From Saprolegnia diclina VS20 (taxonomy: Eukaryota), in contig NW_008246070.1 in assembly GCF_000281045.1 (NCBI RefSeq), forward strand, positions 710,954 through 774,953: a DNA stretch of 64,000 bases, read 5' to 3'. Below the pieces are notes generated by a model, which did no database searches, was not told where the DNA came from, and saw only the letters and a list, made by a program, of their open reading frames with translations. The stretch's first letter is position 1, and each line of letters begins with the position of its first letter. A program made the translations under genes and the position numbers. Shown here one piece after another: positions 1-12,417 of this stretch.

Positions 1-1046
1 AACGTCAAGCAACAGTAGTCACCTAGTATTGGTCAATCCATAGTCTTTTTATTATATGCCACTTTCTATTTTTTTGATTGTGTTGCCGACGGAACGTGCC
101 AATCATGTATTTTCAAGGTTGTGTCGATGGAGTAGGGTCGTTCATCGGGGTGTGCAATGTGTTCCAAGGGCTGGAATAAAGGACTGGTCGCGTTGTGCTC
201 GGAAGATTGAAAGATTGAAAGATCGATATATTTCAGCTGGCATTGGATACCGGTTCTGCTTGACGAATGAGGCGGCTGTGCCTCAGAAAACGCGCTCGAG
301 GCCTACGCGCCGTGCCAGGCGTCGTGATCGTACAACTCGACCCGAGGCATTGGCATGTCGCCGTCGCCGCTGTTCCATGCGGCCTCGAGCGGGACATCGA
401 CGACCGCAAACGGCGCGTCCATTGCGGGCTCGATCGGCGCGTGTAAGATGCAGGTGTTGGTCCCATCGCAGCTGCACTCCATTGGGTTGGCTATTGGGTC
501 CTTCGAGGAGCTCTTATTGGGAAATGATCGCATGAATGGGATCAAACTCATGACCAATTCCAACGGCCGTGCACTCTCAGCGCAGATAATTGCGCCAGAG
601 CTTCGCCACAACGGCATCCCGGTACTGAAACGCTGGAGCTGCACCGCAAACATCTGGCGATGAGGACAAAACCTCTCTTTAACACTCGGATTGATCTGGT
701 TATGCAATGAAGGACATCCGAGAACCTCCATTTAATGCAATTGAACCATCTGGCCTTGGTTGCGATGTCGAGTGATTCGACGTCACGTGTTCTTGCGCTT
801 GTCCCCACTGGCGACAAGGATGTGGACCATGGCCATTGGACTGTTGGATCGGCACGACTCGCTGTCGCCAGCGCTGTGTATCGCGTACCTCGGCGCCGCG
901 CTCAAGGACCTCGCGCAGACGCTCGGCGAAGAAGGCAACCAACCTCCTCGAGCACACGGTCGCCCACGCCGACGACTCGGACTTCATCTGCCACGTCGCT
1001 ACTACAGGATACGTTCACGACGGTGATTGCTTCTTGACATCGACAA

Positions 1047-1931
1047 TCACCGTCGTGAACGTATCCTGGTGACCTTGCGTGCTGCAGCGAACGGAGCTTC
1101 CGCGGACGCGGTGGGTGGGCAAGGAATCGAGGACGTAGATAGTGTCACCTTCAACGACCTCGAGCCAAAAGTGCAATCTAAGAGAAAAATATTTTTCGCG
1201 CCCGAGAGAGTATCAACGTACCCAGAGCAAAAGAGCAGAACGGTGACCATGGCACGCAGGTCCACCTTCTTGCAGGCGCCCGTAGCCGCGGTGTTGAGAA
1301 TTTGGATCGTCGAAACGTCATACGGGCGTGCTATGGCCATGGCGCCGAAATCGACGAGCGCTGTGCACAGCATTTTGTCGGTCTCGAGGAGTGCCTTGAG
1401 GTGCAGTCGTGTAAGAGAAACGCCACCGACCGTAATCGACGAAGCAGACGGCCGTAGGGTAATCGCTTCGACGTCGATCGCGTTGGCGACCGCGTCCTGG
1501 GACGCGGCATGGGCCATGTGGCGCTTCGCGAGCTTCTGGCGCTTGCTGGTCGACGTCGTCTCGATCAGCTTGCGCTTCGATGTCGGCGTTTCAGATACAT
1601 GGTCTGGCTTCCCCGAAGTTGCGTCAAGGCCGTCTTCGAGGGACCACGACTTCTCGCGCTTCGTGCCCGCATGCCAATCCTTGTAATAGGCGGCGAATGC
1701 GGGGTTGTTCACGGCGGTGTGGTAGTACGTCGGGCCGAGACCGCGTTCACTTTCCGGTGTAGCATACCACCGATGAAATGCGGCGGTCTTGATAACCTTG
1801 TCGAACGCGGACGTCCCCGACGTTGTGCGCGGCTTGTAGTTGCGTAGGATGTTGCCAAACGCGACGCTGGCGTTGTGGTCGTTGAACCACCCCCGGCCAA
1901 GGTGGGCCATTTTCCCCTTGCAGGAAGCCAT
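1047..1931 (-). pseudogene. Unassigned 294-aa ORF in a gene-poor 4-kb region; possible decayed transposon-associated gene
   Basis: Open frame with a basic NLS-like stretch (KRKLIE..KRQKLAKR). The segment GGVSLTRLHLKALLETDKMLCTALVDF loosely recalls the start of Ulp1/C48 protease domains. No catalytic residues seen. Confidence 0.25.
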
Positions 1932-4090
1932 CCGACTTGCCGCGACTTCACTGATCGCGTAATCGGCCGTCTTGATTGCGATCCAGAGGTAGGATCAAGA
2001 CCGCGGTGTCGTCTTGAGGTCTCAGTGGACCTCAACATGTACGAAGACAAGTCGGAAGAAACGCAGTATTCACGTAGACGCAGGTCGAGGCGCCGACGAA
2101 CCCCGCCTCTCTGGCGTGGCACACAACCAAGAAGCTCAGTAGCCTCCTCGACGACGCGGCCGATCTGCGTGCTCCTCGACAGCTTACATCGCCGGCAGCT
2201 TCGTCGTCTTCGAGGTATCTTCTACCCGAACACGCTGACGTCGTGCTCTACACACGCTGCGACAGCGTCCCGCTGCGTGAGATCGCTGATGACCGTTTCC
2301 GCCTTCAAACGCCAGACAAAGGGAGGCCGTACTCCCAAACACCGGCGTGTGTACTAAGAGGCAAAATGGAAACTAGAACTAGCCGACTGCTGGAGCCCTG
2401 GCCACAGGCTCCTGTACAGTCCCATCCCAACGGTCTTCCCGTAGGACGATCTACTGATAGATTGATACAAACACATCGCCTTGTCTCGACCTAGTGGTTC
2501 GAGAGCTGTGTGGATATGAATATCCTGTGCTCAACCACTGTATGAGGCATCTACTGCCACACACCCCTCTCCATTATAGGACAGCTTAGCCCAAATCCCA
2601 AGGAATCAAAGACCGCAAAAACAGACCCCGGAGAATCGCCGTCAGTATCTGCTCTTGATCTGGTCTAAGATCTTCAAGAGTTACCGTTGCCTTGTCTTTT
2701 GCAGGGCCCCATCATGCCATGCAAAAGACGCTAGTGCTGCGCCTGCTGGGCCACGTGCTGCGCATGAAAGAAGTCGTCCCTGCCAACATTGCCGCCGCCC
2801 ACTTCTTTGCCCCGCCCGTGGCGCCACGTTTTTGGGCCGCACCGAGCTCACGTTGCCGATCGTCCTGCACCGCGACCTCCAGTCGCTGGCGCCGCTTCAG
2901 TCAACTGGCGTCTCTCGATGACCTCAAGGAACTGCGTAGCGTTGCCACCGATGGCGCAGCCTTTACAAGCGTGTCGTCATGGGCCTCACTCGCGGCCACA
3001 AGCGCCGCCGGGCGACTATAGAAAGAGCAAGACGAGCCGCCTGCGCAGCCACGGCTCGCAAGCGAATGAAGAAGAAGAAGGAGATTGCTAGCCTACTCTC
3101 TACGTACAGCGAATGCGAAGATAATGCGAAACACGCTCATATGATGTGCTCGTACCGGTATGAGGACGATCGAAAGTCGTCGGATGGGCGTTTGAGACAT
3201 TCGCCGCGCTGAGCCCTTTGACGTCGAGGTACGCAACGACCCACGCCCGCAACATGGCCCGAGCAGGCTTCAACCACGTCTCGCACGTACGAGGGGCCAG
3301 CCAGTCCTTCAAGATCTTGACGTCAAGCACCAGCGACTGACGTCTGGCTCCTGGCACTGGTACAAGCAATCGCCGGGGTGGACCAAGAACTGGCACGCGA
3401 TCGCCGCAGCCGAACCTGGGACGCCTCAATGGCGTAAAAATTTTGCCGGAAAGTTGCAGTTGCTGGCTACTGCGACGACACGCCTCGCAGCACCCGCCGG
3501 ACGCGCCCGTCGTGACGCCGTGGCCACGTGCCTTCTTCCTCGACGCTGTTTGCGCTCTTGTTTGAACCGCTGGCGACGGCCCAACGCCATGCTGTGGCCG
3601 ATGCAACGCGCTTGCGTGCTCCACACCGTCTGGGTACATATAGCCCGAAACGACAGAGTCTTATGTTCCGAGGGGCCCTTTGTGACGCCCGAAGCGACTG
3701 CCACTCGCGCTGAGTTCTCGACCAAGCTGCCTCTTCAGCATTTGCTGCAACCACTGTGTCTCTTTCAAATGATGAACATCCTGCGCCACGACTCCTCGAC
3801 CACCTCGTTCCGGCCATGCATGCGCCTCGCTTTCGCGACGGCTACTAGTAAGCCTCCCCGCTGCTGCCGTCCGTCACAACACTGAGTCGAAAGTCCGCCC
3901 CCAAAACAGTCAAGTGCAACTAGATAGACTCACTTTAACAACGCAAAAAGCAACTCCCGGTGTCCAGGGGCAGCATGTGGATGGCATGTGGACGTATTAC
4001 TACACTCTAGAACGGACAATTATTTCAGGGTATTCCCGTGGTAATATCCAAAAACAAATCAATTAGACACACACACAACGAGTCGATATC

Positions 4091-4139
4091 ACGGTACCCT
4101 AACCGCCACGGTACCCTAACCGCCACGGTACCTAACCCT
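4091..4139 (+). repeat. Short tandem repeat, ~2.9 copies of 17-bp ACGGTACCCTAACCGCC
   Basis: Read directly: two exact copies (4091-4107, 4108-4124) and a degenerate third; the unit contains CCCTAA. Confidence 0.9.
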
Positions 4140-4148
4140 CTTCTTGGC

Positions 4149-7100
4149 TCAAACCATGGACGCAAAATACCCGCGGGCGTCCTGCAGCAAGGTGGTCGGC
4201 GTATCAAAAGCAACGACGCGGCCGTGCTCGAGCACAAGGACCCGGTCGCTGGCAGCGATCGTGGCCAACCGGTGCGCGACCGTCAGCACCGTCGCGCCCG
4301 AAAATGCATCGGCCATGAGCTACGCATGCGATACTGAAATACGACATCACGCGGAGAACGACTCTACCTCGCGAAGCCGGCGGTTCGTCTCATGGTCGAC
4401 GCTGGCCGTCGCTTCGTCAATGCACACAATCTTGGCGGCCTTGAGCACTGCACGACCAATGCCAAGCAGCTGCGTTTGGCCTTGGCTGAGCACGCTGCCA
4501 TCAACGAGCTGCTCGAGCTGCAGCGGAAAGCTTTGCACGAGCGAGCGCAGGCCGCACGAGTGCAGCGCGGCCCACAGGCGGTCGTCGTCGTACTGATCGA
4601 GCGGATCCAGATTCTTGCGCAGAGAGGTCGCGAAGAGCACCGTGGTCTGCGGCACGTACGCCAGCGCGCCGCGCAGCTGCGTCAGCGACAGAGCCGCAAT
4701 GTCTTGGCCGTCAATAAGAATGCGACCGGAAAAGTCGACTGCGCGGAAGAAGCAGTTGAGGAGCGAGCTCTTGCCGGCACCCGACGGCCCGCAAATCCCA
4801 ACCTTCTCGCGCGCCCCGATCGCCGCCGAGATGTTGGCCAGACGACCGCGCGGCAAGCTCACCTGCACCAACTCGATCGCACCAGTCGTGATCCAGTCAG
4901 CGTCGCCATCGGGCTCGTCTCGTCCACAGCCAGCACCTTCGTCGGGGAGTGCACCGTATTCGCGGAGCCGCTCGACCGACACCATCGCCTGCTCGGCCCA
5001 CACAAACGCCTCGAGCCCGAGCTTGAGCTTGCGGATAATCGGCAGCGCGTACATGAGCGTAAGCCCCAAGTACGCCGACGGCATCGGGTGGCCGCGGGCG
5101 GCCGCCATCGCGGCCGAGAAGCCCACAAAGCCGGCGACCAAAATACCGAGCGCGTCCAGTCGGATCGCGAGCCAGCCAAGTGTGAGCGACTGCGCCAGCG
5201 AGACGCGCTGGAAGAGACACAAGTGCGCTTCAAACTGGGCTTGCCACGCAACGGCCGAGCCGCGCCCGCGAAGGACGCTGAGGCCGTTGAGCGTCGCTTT
5301 CAAGTGCATCATGAGGGGCGACTGGACCACATGGTTGAGCCGCGAGAGGTCGCGGGCCGGTGGCCGGTAGCGCGCCTGCAAATAGAGGTACACGGCACTC
5401 AGCGGCAGAAGGAGCAGAAGGACGTAGACGTTGGTGAAGTAGAGCACGACGATCGACCCCGTGATCGAAATGACTTCCAGCACGAGGAAATCCAGGGCCA
5501 TCGGAATCATCGTGTCGACAGTCGACGTGTCATCGCCGAGCCGGTTGAGGATCCGCCCAATCGGCGTCGTCTCGTAAAAGCCCAACGACGTGCGCAAAAG
5601 CTGGTGCGTCATGCGGTTGTAGAGATTCTTGGCCGCGCGGAGACTGCCATACACGACCACGCTAATGTGCGCTGTCGTCATGAGCAGCGTCCCCAACGTG
5701 AGCGCAATGAGGCCGCGCGCAAAGACAGTTGGTGACGTCGCGTGGTACGTCGTGTACTGCGCCGTCCAATAGTCCATCCCGTTCTGCAGCAGCTGGAGAC
5801 TCACGTTGGTGAGCGGCCACGCCAGCGCCGTGCCATAGCCCATCGCCGCGGCATACGCGTGCCACACCTATCACAAGCCATCACAATGATCTGTCATTCT
5901 GCGTTGCCACGTACCTCGAGCGCCACAATACCCGATTCACGGCCTTCTTCGGGCACAGCGTCGACACCGCCGCGCTCACAAGGTGGTGTGGACGGTGCCG
6001 ACACGACAGCGGGCTCGTGCATCTGCGTGGCATCGGCGAGAAGCGCATTGAGACGGGACCCGGGCGTGGCGCGCAAGACATCGTAGGCGCCGCGTTCGAC
6101 GACAGCGCCGTCGTCCAGCACGAAGATCGTCGGCGCCAAGACGCGCACGAGGTCAAGCGCGTGGGTCGAGAGCACGAGCGTGGCCGACGGCGGCAGCACA
6201 GTGCGTAGCTCGGCTAAAATACCTCTGGCGGTGCGGGTGTCGAGGCCGCTCCAGCAGTCGTCCAACAAATACACGCCCGCGCGCTGGTACAAGGCGCGTG
6301 CGAGGCCAACGCGCGCGCGCTGCCCGCCGCTCAGATTGGCGCCGTCTTCGCTCACGAGCAGCGTCATTGGCAGCCCGTCCAGGCGACACACCGCTGTCAC
6401 GCGCGCGTACAACGTTGGGTCCCAATCGCTCTCGAGCGTCACGTTGTACTGGAGCGAGCCAGGTACCATCCACGGCGTCTGCGGCGCATACGCCACCGAG
6501 TGTGCGACGCGACCGGCCGCGCCGTGCACACAGGGCATGTCGCCAAGGAGAGCGAGCAGCAGCGACGACTTGCCCGCCCCACTGCGACCGCCCACGACCA
6601 CATTGGCACCAGGTGTCAGCGTCAACGCCGAGAGGTGCAGGCGGAACGGACCTTTGCCAAGCAAGGGCGCCACCAGCTCCTCGTTGCTGTTCACCTCGGG
6701 TGACCAGCCAAACGTGCAATGGTCATAGCGCGTGACGACCGTACCGTCGCATGCAGATGACGACGGAGCCAAGAGGAACGTTGAGAGACGCATGAACGAG
6801 ACATACGCCTCACCAATGCTGCGCGCAATCCACGGCAGACCCGTGATCGGCCCCACAAGCTGCTGCAGAAGCGAGATGATGGTGTAGGCGCGCGCTGCCG
6901 TGATCGTCTGGCCCGTGTACACAATGACGACAAAGACGCCGGTTTGGATCATGAGCGGCGCAGCACTCGAGAGCACGTCGCAAAACGCCGTGATGATCTG
7001 CCGCAGCCGCAACGCTTGGAGCTCCAGCGCCCGGACAGCGTCGAGCTGCTCTGTAAAGTAGCGCGTCCAGCCAAAGCTCTAGGCGCATTTCGCCAACGAG

Positions 7101-8632
7101 CACTCTTGGCGTGGTGACCTACCTTGAGCGTGCGAATCCCCGCCAGCGTGCTCACGCTGAGCCGCAGTCGGTCGTCGCGCACCGCAAGCAGCCGCGCCTT
7201 GACGCGCTGGACGAGATGCGCCAAGTAGACTTGCAGCGGCAGCATGGCGCCGAGCAGGACAAGCCCCCCGAGAAACGCGAACGAGACCTCGTCGCCCAAG
7301 ACAACGAGCGCCATGGCAATCTGCCAGCACACAACTTTGCGGAAAATGCTGGAAAATGCAAAAGGAAATGTACCTGCATGGGCAGTAGCGCCACGTCAAA
7401 GAGCGAGCCAGGCAGGCGCACAATGACGGGCACGTCCATCGTCACGTAGTTGGTCACGTGGCCAATGACGTCGCCGTCGCTCGGCCCGAGCGTGAGCACG
7501 CGCGCATAAATACCGGCTTGCAAGCCCGACGTAAACCGAATGTTGAACCGGTCTTTGCTCAGCGCTACACACTGGTCTTGAGCCATAGAACGGAAAAAGT
7601 GGCGTTGTCGTACAGTACTGGGACCGCGACACGGTGCGCAAGAGAGCTTGTAGGACCAAGGCCGACGCGAGGAGATACCCGGTCGACGGCGATGGCGCTG
7701 GACGGCTCGACCACTCGAGGATACTCTACGCGCCAAATAAGGCACTGGAACGACTAGGACAACGCACTTTGGTCAAGAGCGGCGTCATCATATCGAGGAC
7801 TGTGTTGCCGATCGACCAGAGAAAGAAGCCACCAATGTCGCGGCCGTGCAAGCGCCAGAGCAGACGCAAGAGCGACGGCGACGTTGGCGCCTGCTTCTCC
7901 GTTTCGTAGGCCGAGACAAAGCGTCGGCTTGCGGTCGGCGTAGCGTCGGCGACGGGAAGGGCCGGAATGTCGGCTGCCTCAAAGGATGCGACGCCCATGA
8001 GCGGTGCCACGTACGCAAATGTGAGGCGGGAAAACCAATTCGCCTTGTCAAATGGACTGTCGCTCGGCTGGAGGAGCGTCGCGGGCAGTAGCGCAAGGCC
8101 GCTAAGAAAGATCGTGCCGCCGTGCAGCCCGAGCTTCCACGCTTCGTCTGGCGGATGCTGTTGCAGCAGCTGCTGGCACTGCCAAAAGCCGAGGATCGCC
8201 ATTGCGAAGAAGGCCGCTCGGAGCAATGGCAGGTCGCGGTACGGGTGCTCGGTCAGAATCGCAGCGTAAAAGAGGTAGGCCACGCAGCGCGTGGTCGTGC
8301 CAAACATCTACGTTGCGCGTGTGCATAGATCGCACAGTTGCAGTGTACCTCGGCCGGCGTCACTGCATGGCCGCCAAGGTACTTGACAACGAGAAACGAC
8401 AAGTGCAATGTCACGAGGAGCACCGCGAGAAGGTACTTGGCCGGCAAGCAGGGCTGCTCCATGTAGACGCTCATTGGCGTGTGGAGGCAGACGTGCATCG
8501 AGTACATGCTCACGAGGAGGAAGGCGAGCGACGCGCCTACGCTCACTTATGAGCGCGTGTAGAAGAAGCGATCACACCGTCGTTGGCAACGACTGGGAAG
8601 CAGTCGACTGCGCCGCAGTACTCGGGCAGCAT
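4149..8632 (-). CDS. ABCC (MRP) full-length ABC transporter, ABCC10/MRP7-like, multi-exon
   Basis: NBD1: [31 protein letters not shown]2: [13 protein letters not shown]2: [31 protein letters not shown]. Inferred first exon [11 protein letters not shown]; stop at 4149-4151. Confidence 0.93.
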
Positions 8633-9322
8633 GCGTCCGACGAAGCCCAAAGATTTGTGATGGCTTGCCTTCTCTGCTTTTGAACAGCTGTTGGTCAAAA
8701 CTCAATTGAGTTTCACAAGCTAAAAAGCACATAAATTCAAGATTAATGTTTTTTTAGTTGAGTTTCAGTAGAACGGAGAAGGGCAATCTCAGAAAGGCCA
8801 TCAGCGTGGCACTACCCGGGCAAGGGACGCGACTAAAGCTGCACTGCTCTCCATGCATGGACGAGGTGTCTGGCATCTTAGTGTTGACACACTGGTGACA
8901 CCGCAGTTCGGTCAACCTCAAACTCAATGGAAGGTACAAGGAGAGCGCTGTTCCGAGCTCGGTCCGTAGGTATCAAGCAATCGCGGGAGAAGCCGTCATG
9001 GGGATAAACGGTGACGCCAGGGTGGCTCCTTGCAGCGTGGCCAGGATCACTGGGACGGGTAATAAGTAATATAACCTCTGAAAACAAATATGCCGACCAT
9101 CTTGATACAGGCGGGTGCAGCGCCATCTTGCACCGCAGGGCTCCACGTCATTTCCATCGCCAATCACCGTTTCGATACCAGGCGGCATGCAGGTAAAAAA
9201 CACTTTTACTTCTCGGTTTCTATTGATTTTGAATAATACGCAGCAAGGCTACCCACAAAGATCTCGCAGATCCAAAATAAGCCCATCAAATCTCATCTAA
9301 GAAAACGGATTGCGCTGAGGAT

Positions 9323-10919
9323 ATGACCGCGGTCCACGAAGCCAACCAGTGTACGTGGCAGACGCTGGGCGAGGAATGTGCTCACGCTGCTGCTAGTGCC
9401 ATGGAAGGTGGCCTTCAGGGTGCAGTTCGCCTCGGAGAAGTACGGCCTCAAGTTCCACCCCGCCGCGCTGCCCGACACGGGTAACGGCGTCTATACGATC
9501 CAGCTCCTCGATGTGCCCATCTCGGCTGACCCCGCGACAAGCGGCCCCGCGCAGCAGTACAACGCGGCCTTGAAGCCGGAGCAGCAGCACTTGTGCGTCC
9601 AATGCCTTGCATTTCCACGGCTAATGGCGGCTATCACTAGAGCACTGCGCGCAGGACTCTATCTAACGCACATCAACGACACCAACCTGCTCAATGTGCC
9701 GTGCGAAGACGTCATCCGGCAGTAGGCCATTCAACACCAGCTTCATTCCGATTGTACTCATATAACACGCTTGTAGACTCACGTCGGTGCCGCGACCAGT
9801 CAAGCTGCGCTTTGTCGACGTTGAGGCCGGCGTCGTCACACTCAAGGAGCTCCAACAAGGTCAATACAAGCGCGACTCGTACTCGACGCAGCAAATCTCG
9901 GCGCTGCTGCAGGAAGTGGCTGTTGCTCCGTTGCCGCCACCGACACTGGTCGAGGTCGTCAAACCGCCGGTGCCAGCCGATGTTGTCAAGCCCAAAGCTG
10001 ATCCCTCGCCGCCCAAGCGCGTCAACGTCGTCGCGCAGTCGAATCAAGCGGGCGCCCAACTCGCCGCTGACCACGTGTACAAGCTCATCCTTCTTGGCAC
10101 GACCGGCGTCGGCAAAAGCAGTATTCTCTCGGTCGGTATCGGCGGTGCTTCGTCCTACTCAGTACGCAGTGCAGCTTCTCCTCACCTCACCAAATGCAAC
10201 GCGAGTAGGATCGACCAGCGGCGACGCTCGAGGCTGAGTTCGGCACCATGTACGTGTCCGACCCCGACCTCTCCTCGAAAAAGGTACGCTTGCATGACTC
10301 CACCTTGGACCTTTGCACTCATGGACCGAGGTAGATGATCAAGGCCCAGATTTGGGACACGGCCGGCCAAGAGCGATACCGCGCCATGACGCGGTCGCAT
10401 TATCGACGGGCCGATGGCGCGCTGCTGGTGTACGATGTCGCAGACCCCGAGAGCTTCCAGAAGCTCGACGGATGGCTCAAAGACCTGCGCGAGATTGCGG
10501 GCGACTCGATCAAGTCGATCATGGTCGTTGAAAACAAGGTCGACCAGCTCCCGGAGCGCTCGTCCGAGAACGACAGTCGCCCGAGCCAGTTTGTCGACGC
10601 GAATGTTGTCAAGGCGTACTGCCAAGAGCACGGCCTCCTCTTTGCGCGGACGTCGGCCAAGATGAACTCGACAGCGTTCAAGTGGGAAGGTCAACCGATC
10701 GCCGATGTCGTGAGCCACCTCCTCCTCAACGTTCATGCGACGCAGCTCGCTCGCGGCCTCCGGCAACAAGCCTCAGCACCGACACCGACGACACCACCCA
10801 CGATTCCGTCCACCTCGGCAGCGGCCACACCAAGTCCTCTCTCGGAGCACGTGATTGTATTGCAAGATCGATCGGTGCCGAAGAGCAAGGCCGAGTGCAG
10901 TACGTGTGCGTCGTCGTAG
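9323..10919 (+). CDS. PDZ-like domain / Rab-family small GTPase fusion protein, multi-exon
   Basis: C-terminal G-boxes GTTGVGKS, IWDTAGQERYRAMTRSHYRRADGALLVYDV, NKVD, TSAK and a terminal CSTCASS. N-terminal KYGLKF...LRAGLYLTHINDTNLLNVPCEDVI...RPVKLRF is PDZ-like. Short GT-AG introns join the frames. Confidence 0.85.
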
Positions 10920-10922
10920 CCG

Positions 10923-12225
10923 CTAAATCGTCGGCATTGATTTGGCGGGGGACGTCTCGGGTCGGAGGTTGCTGTTGAACTTGCGGCAGAGCCGACTGAC
11001 GCAGAAGACGCTGGCGTCCGTCTCGAACGTCGGCGTCGCCTCTTCCATTAAGTTGCGGTAATTCATGCATGAAGCAAACGTGCCAAAGCCGAGGAGGCGC
11101 CTACGTGCAGATCGTCACCGAAAGAAGACGTCGCAGAAGGCGCACTTGAGCGCTGCGTGGCCTGCAAAGCCAGCGAGGATGCCTTCCATCATTGGCATCG
11201 GCTGCACAGGCGCGACCAAGACAGGCGGCATACTCCGGCTTCTGATGTGAACGTCGCTCGTCCGCGGCGCCGTCACGCCAGGCGCCTTGTAGCACTAACT
11301 TTTTGTCAGCGGCGAGGCAGAGCCCTATCGATGGGAATACCAGGAGACACGGCGTCTCGCTGCGTATCGACGTAACAATGTGCCCCGAGAGACCGTCGTT
11401 GCCTGGCTTGATTGCGATCAGCGGAACGTTGAGCTCCAAGCAGATCTCGTTCACGTTGCGGATGATGGCGGTATCGGTCACGGCCAGAAAGGCCATGCGC
11501 AGGGCGTGGGTAGACGGGCGCGGGTGGGTGCCGCCCCAGGCGTGCCATTCGCCTGCGTTCTTGGCATCGAGGCGGACACCCTCAATGTCGACGCTCTCGT
11601 CGATCAAGCGCAAATTGGTCTCGACTTCTGCGATGCGCTCGTAGCCCACGTTCTGCGGCAGATAAAAGAGCTGGCTCAAATCTTCCGCCTGCACTTGGCG
11701 CGGGTCGTCATCGACCAAGTAGATTTTGCCAATGCCACTAAGCGTAAGAAAACACATGTCGTCCAAAGGGGAGATCGGAGGTCGCACCTGCGACAAAAGG
11801 TCTCGGCGATCGCACAACCCATGCCGTTGAGTCCCACGATTATGATCGCCATTGACCCGAGGCTCTACACCACGAAGAAGGTAGTCGGCGGCTTTTGGAG
11901 AATGACGCACCTCGATCTCTTTGATGACACCTCGGTCGTTGTTGGCGAGGATGCGACTAGGCGCAATACCAGTGAGATCTTAGTGCTGCGCAAACGCTTC
12001 TACCTGTACGAGCCTTCGCGCTCGTCGATGGGGTCGGGCACGGTCGAGCGAGGGGGGCGCTGAGGGTGGTCGGCGCTCGAAAGCACCCGCACCGCTACAG
12101 GATACGTGTCGGCGCTCGCCTCTTGTTGAATGTGTACCGTTCGTGAGTTCGTCGACCGCGACCTTGATGCGGTCGACGCGCTGCGCGACGCGTCGATGGA
12201 GTTCGTCGTCCTTGTCGTCGGCCAT
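10923..12225 (-). CDS. ThiF/UBA5-like (UFM1 E1-like) protein, probably catalytically inactive, multi-exon
   Basis: Spliced translation follows UBA5: YSRILA..RGVI, IIIVGLNGMGCAIAETFCRSGIGKIYLVD, GLSGHI..SETPCLLC, GILAGFAGHAALKRLLGFGT, CVSRLCRK. Confidence 0.85.
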
Positions 12226-12417
12226 TTCAAGCGTCAGCAACGTCGTTTCACGCAGACCGGCCGCGATCTTATATGTATCGGAGTATCAAGTTCGACCGAG
12301 ACACGGCAGGCGGGGAGAACCTTGTCGAGGGATGGACCTTTGTGTTGCTCTGCTCTGTTGCTTTGTATACGATTCAAGTTCATACGTTAAACTATTTCAA
12401 CAAGACGAGGTAGACGG

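Noticed and set aside
12095..12106. GTATCCT on the minus strand in the UBA5-like gene as a U12 donor
   Set aside because: It lies at the 3' end of an ordinary GT-AG intron (…GTATCCTGTAG acceptor).
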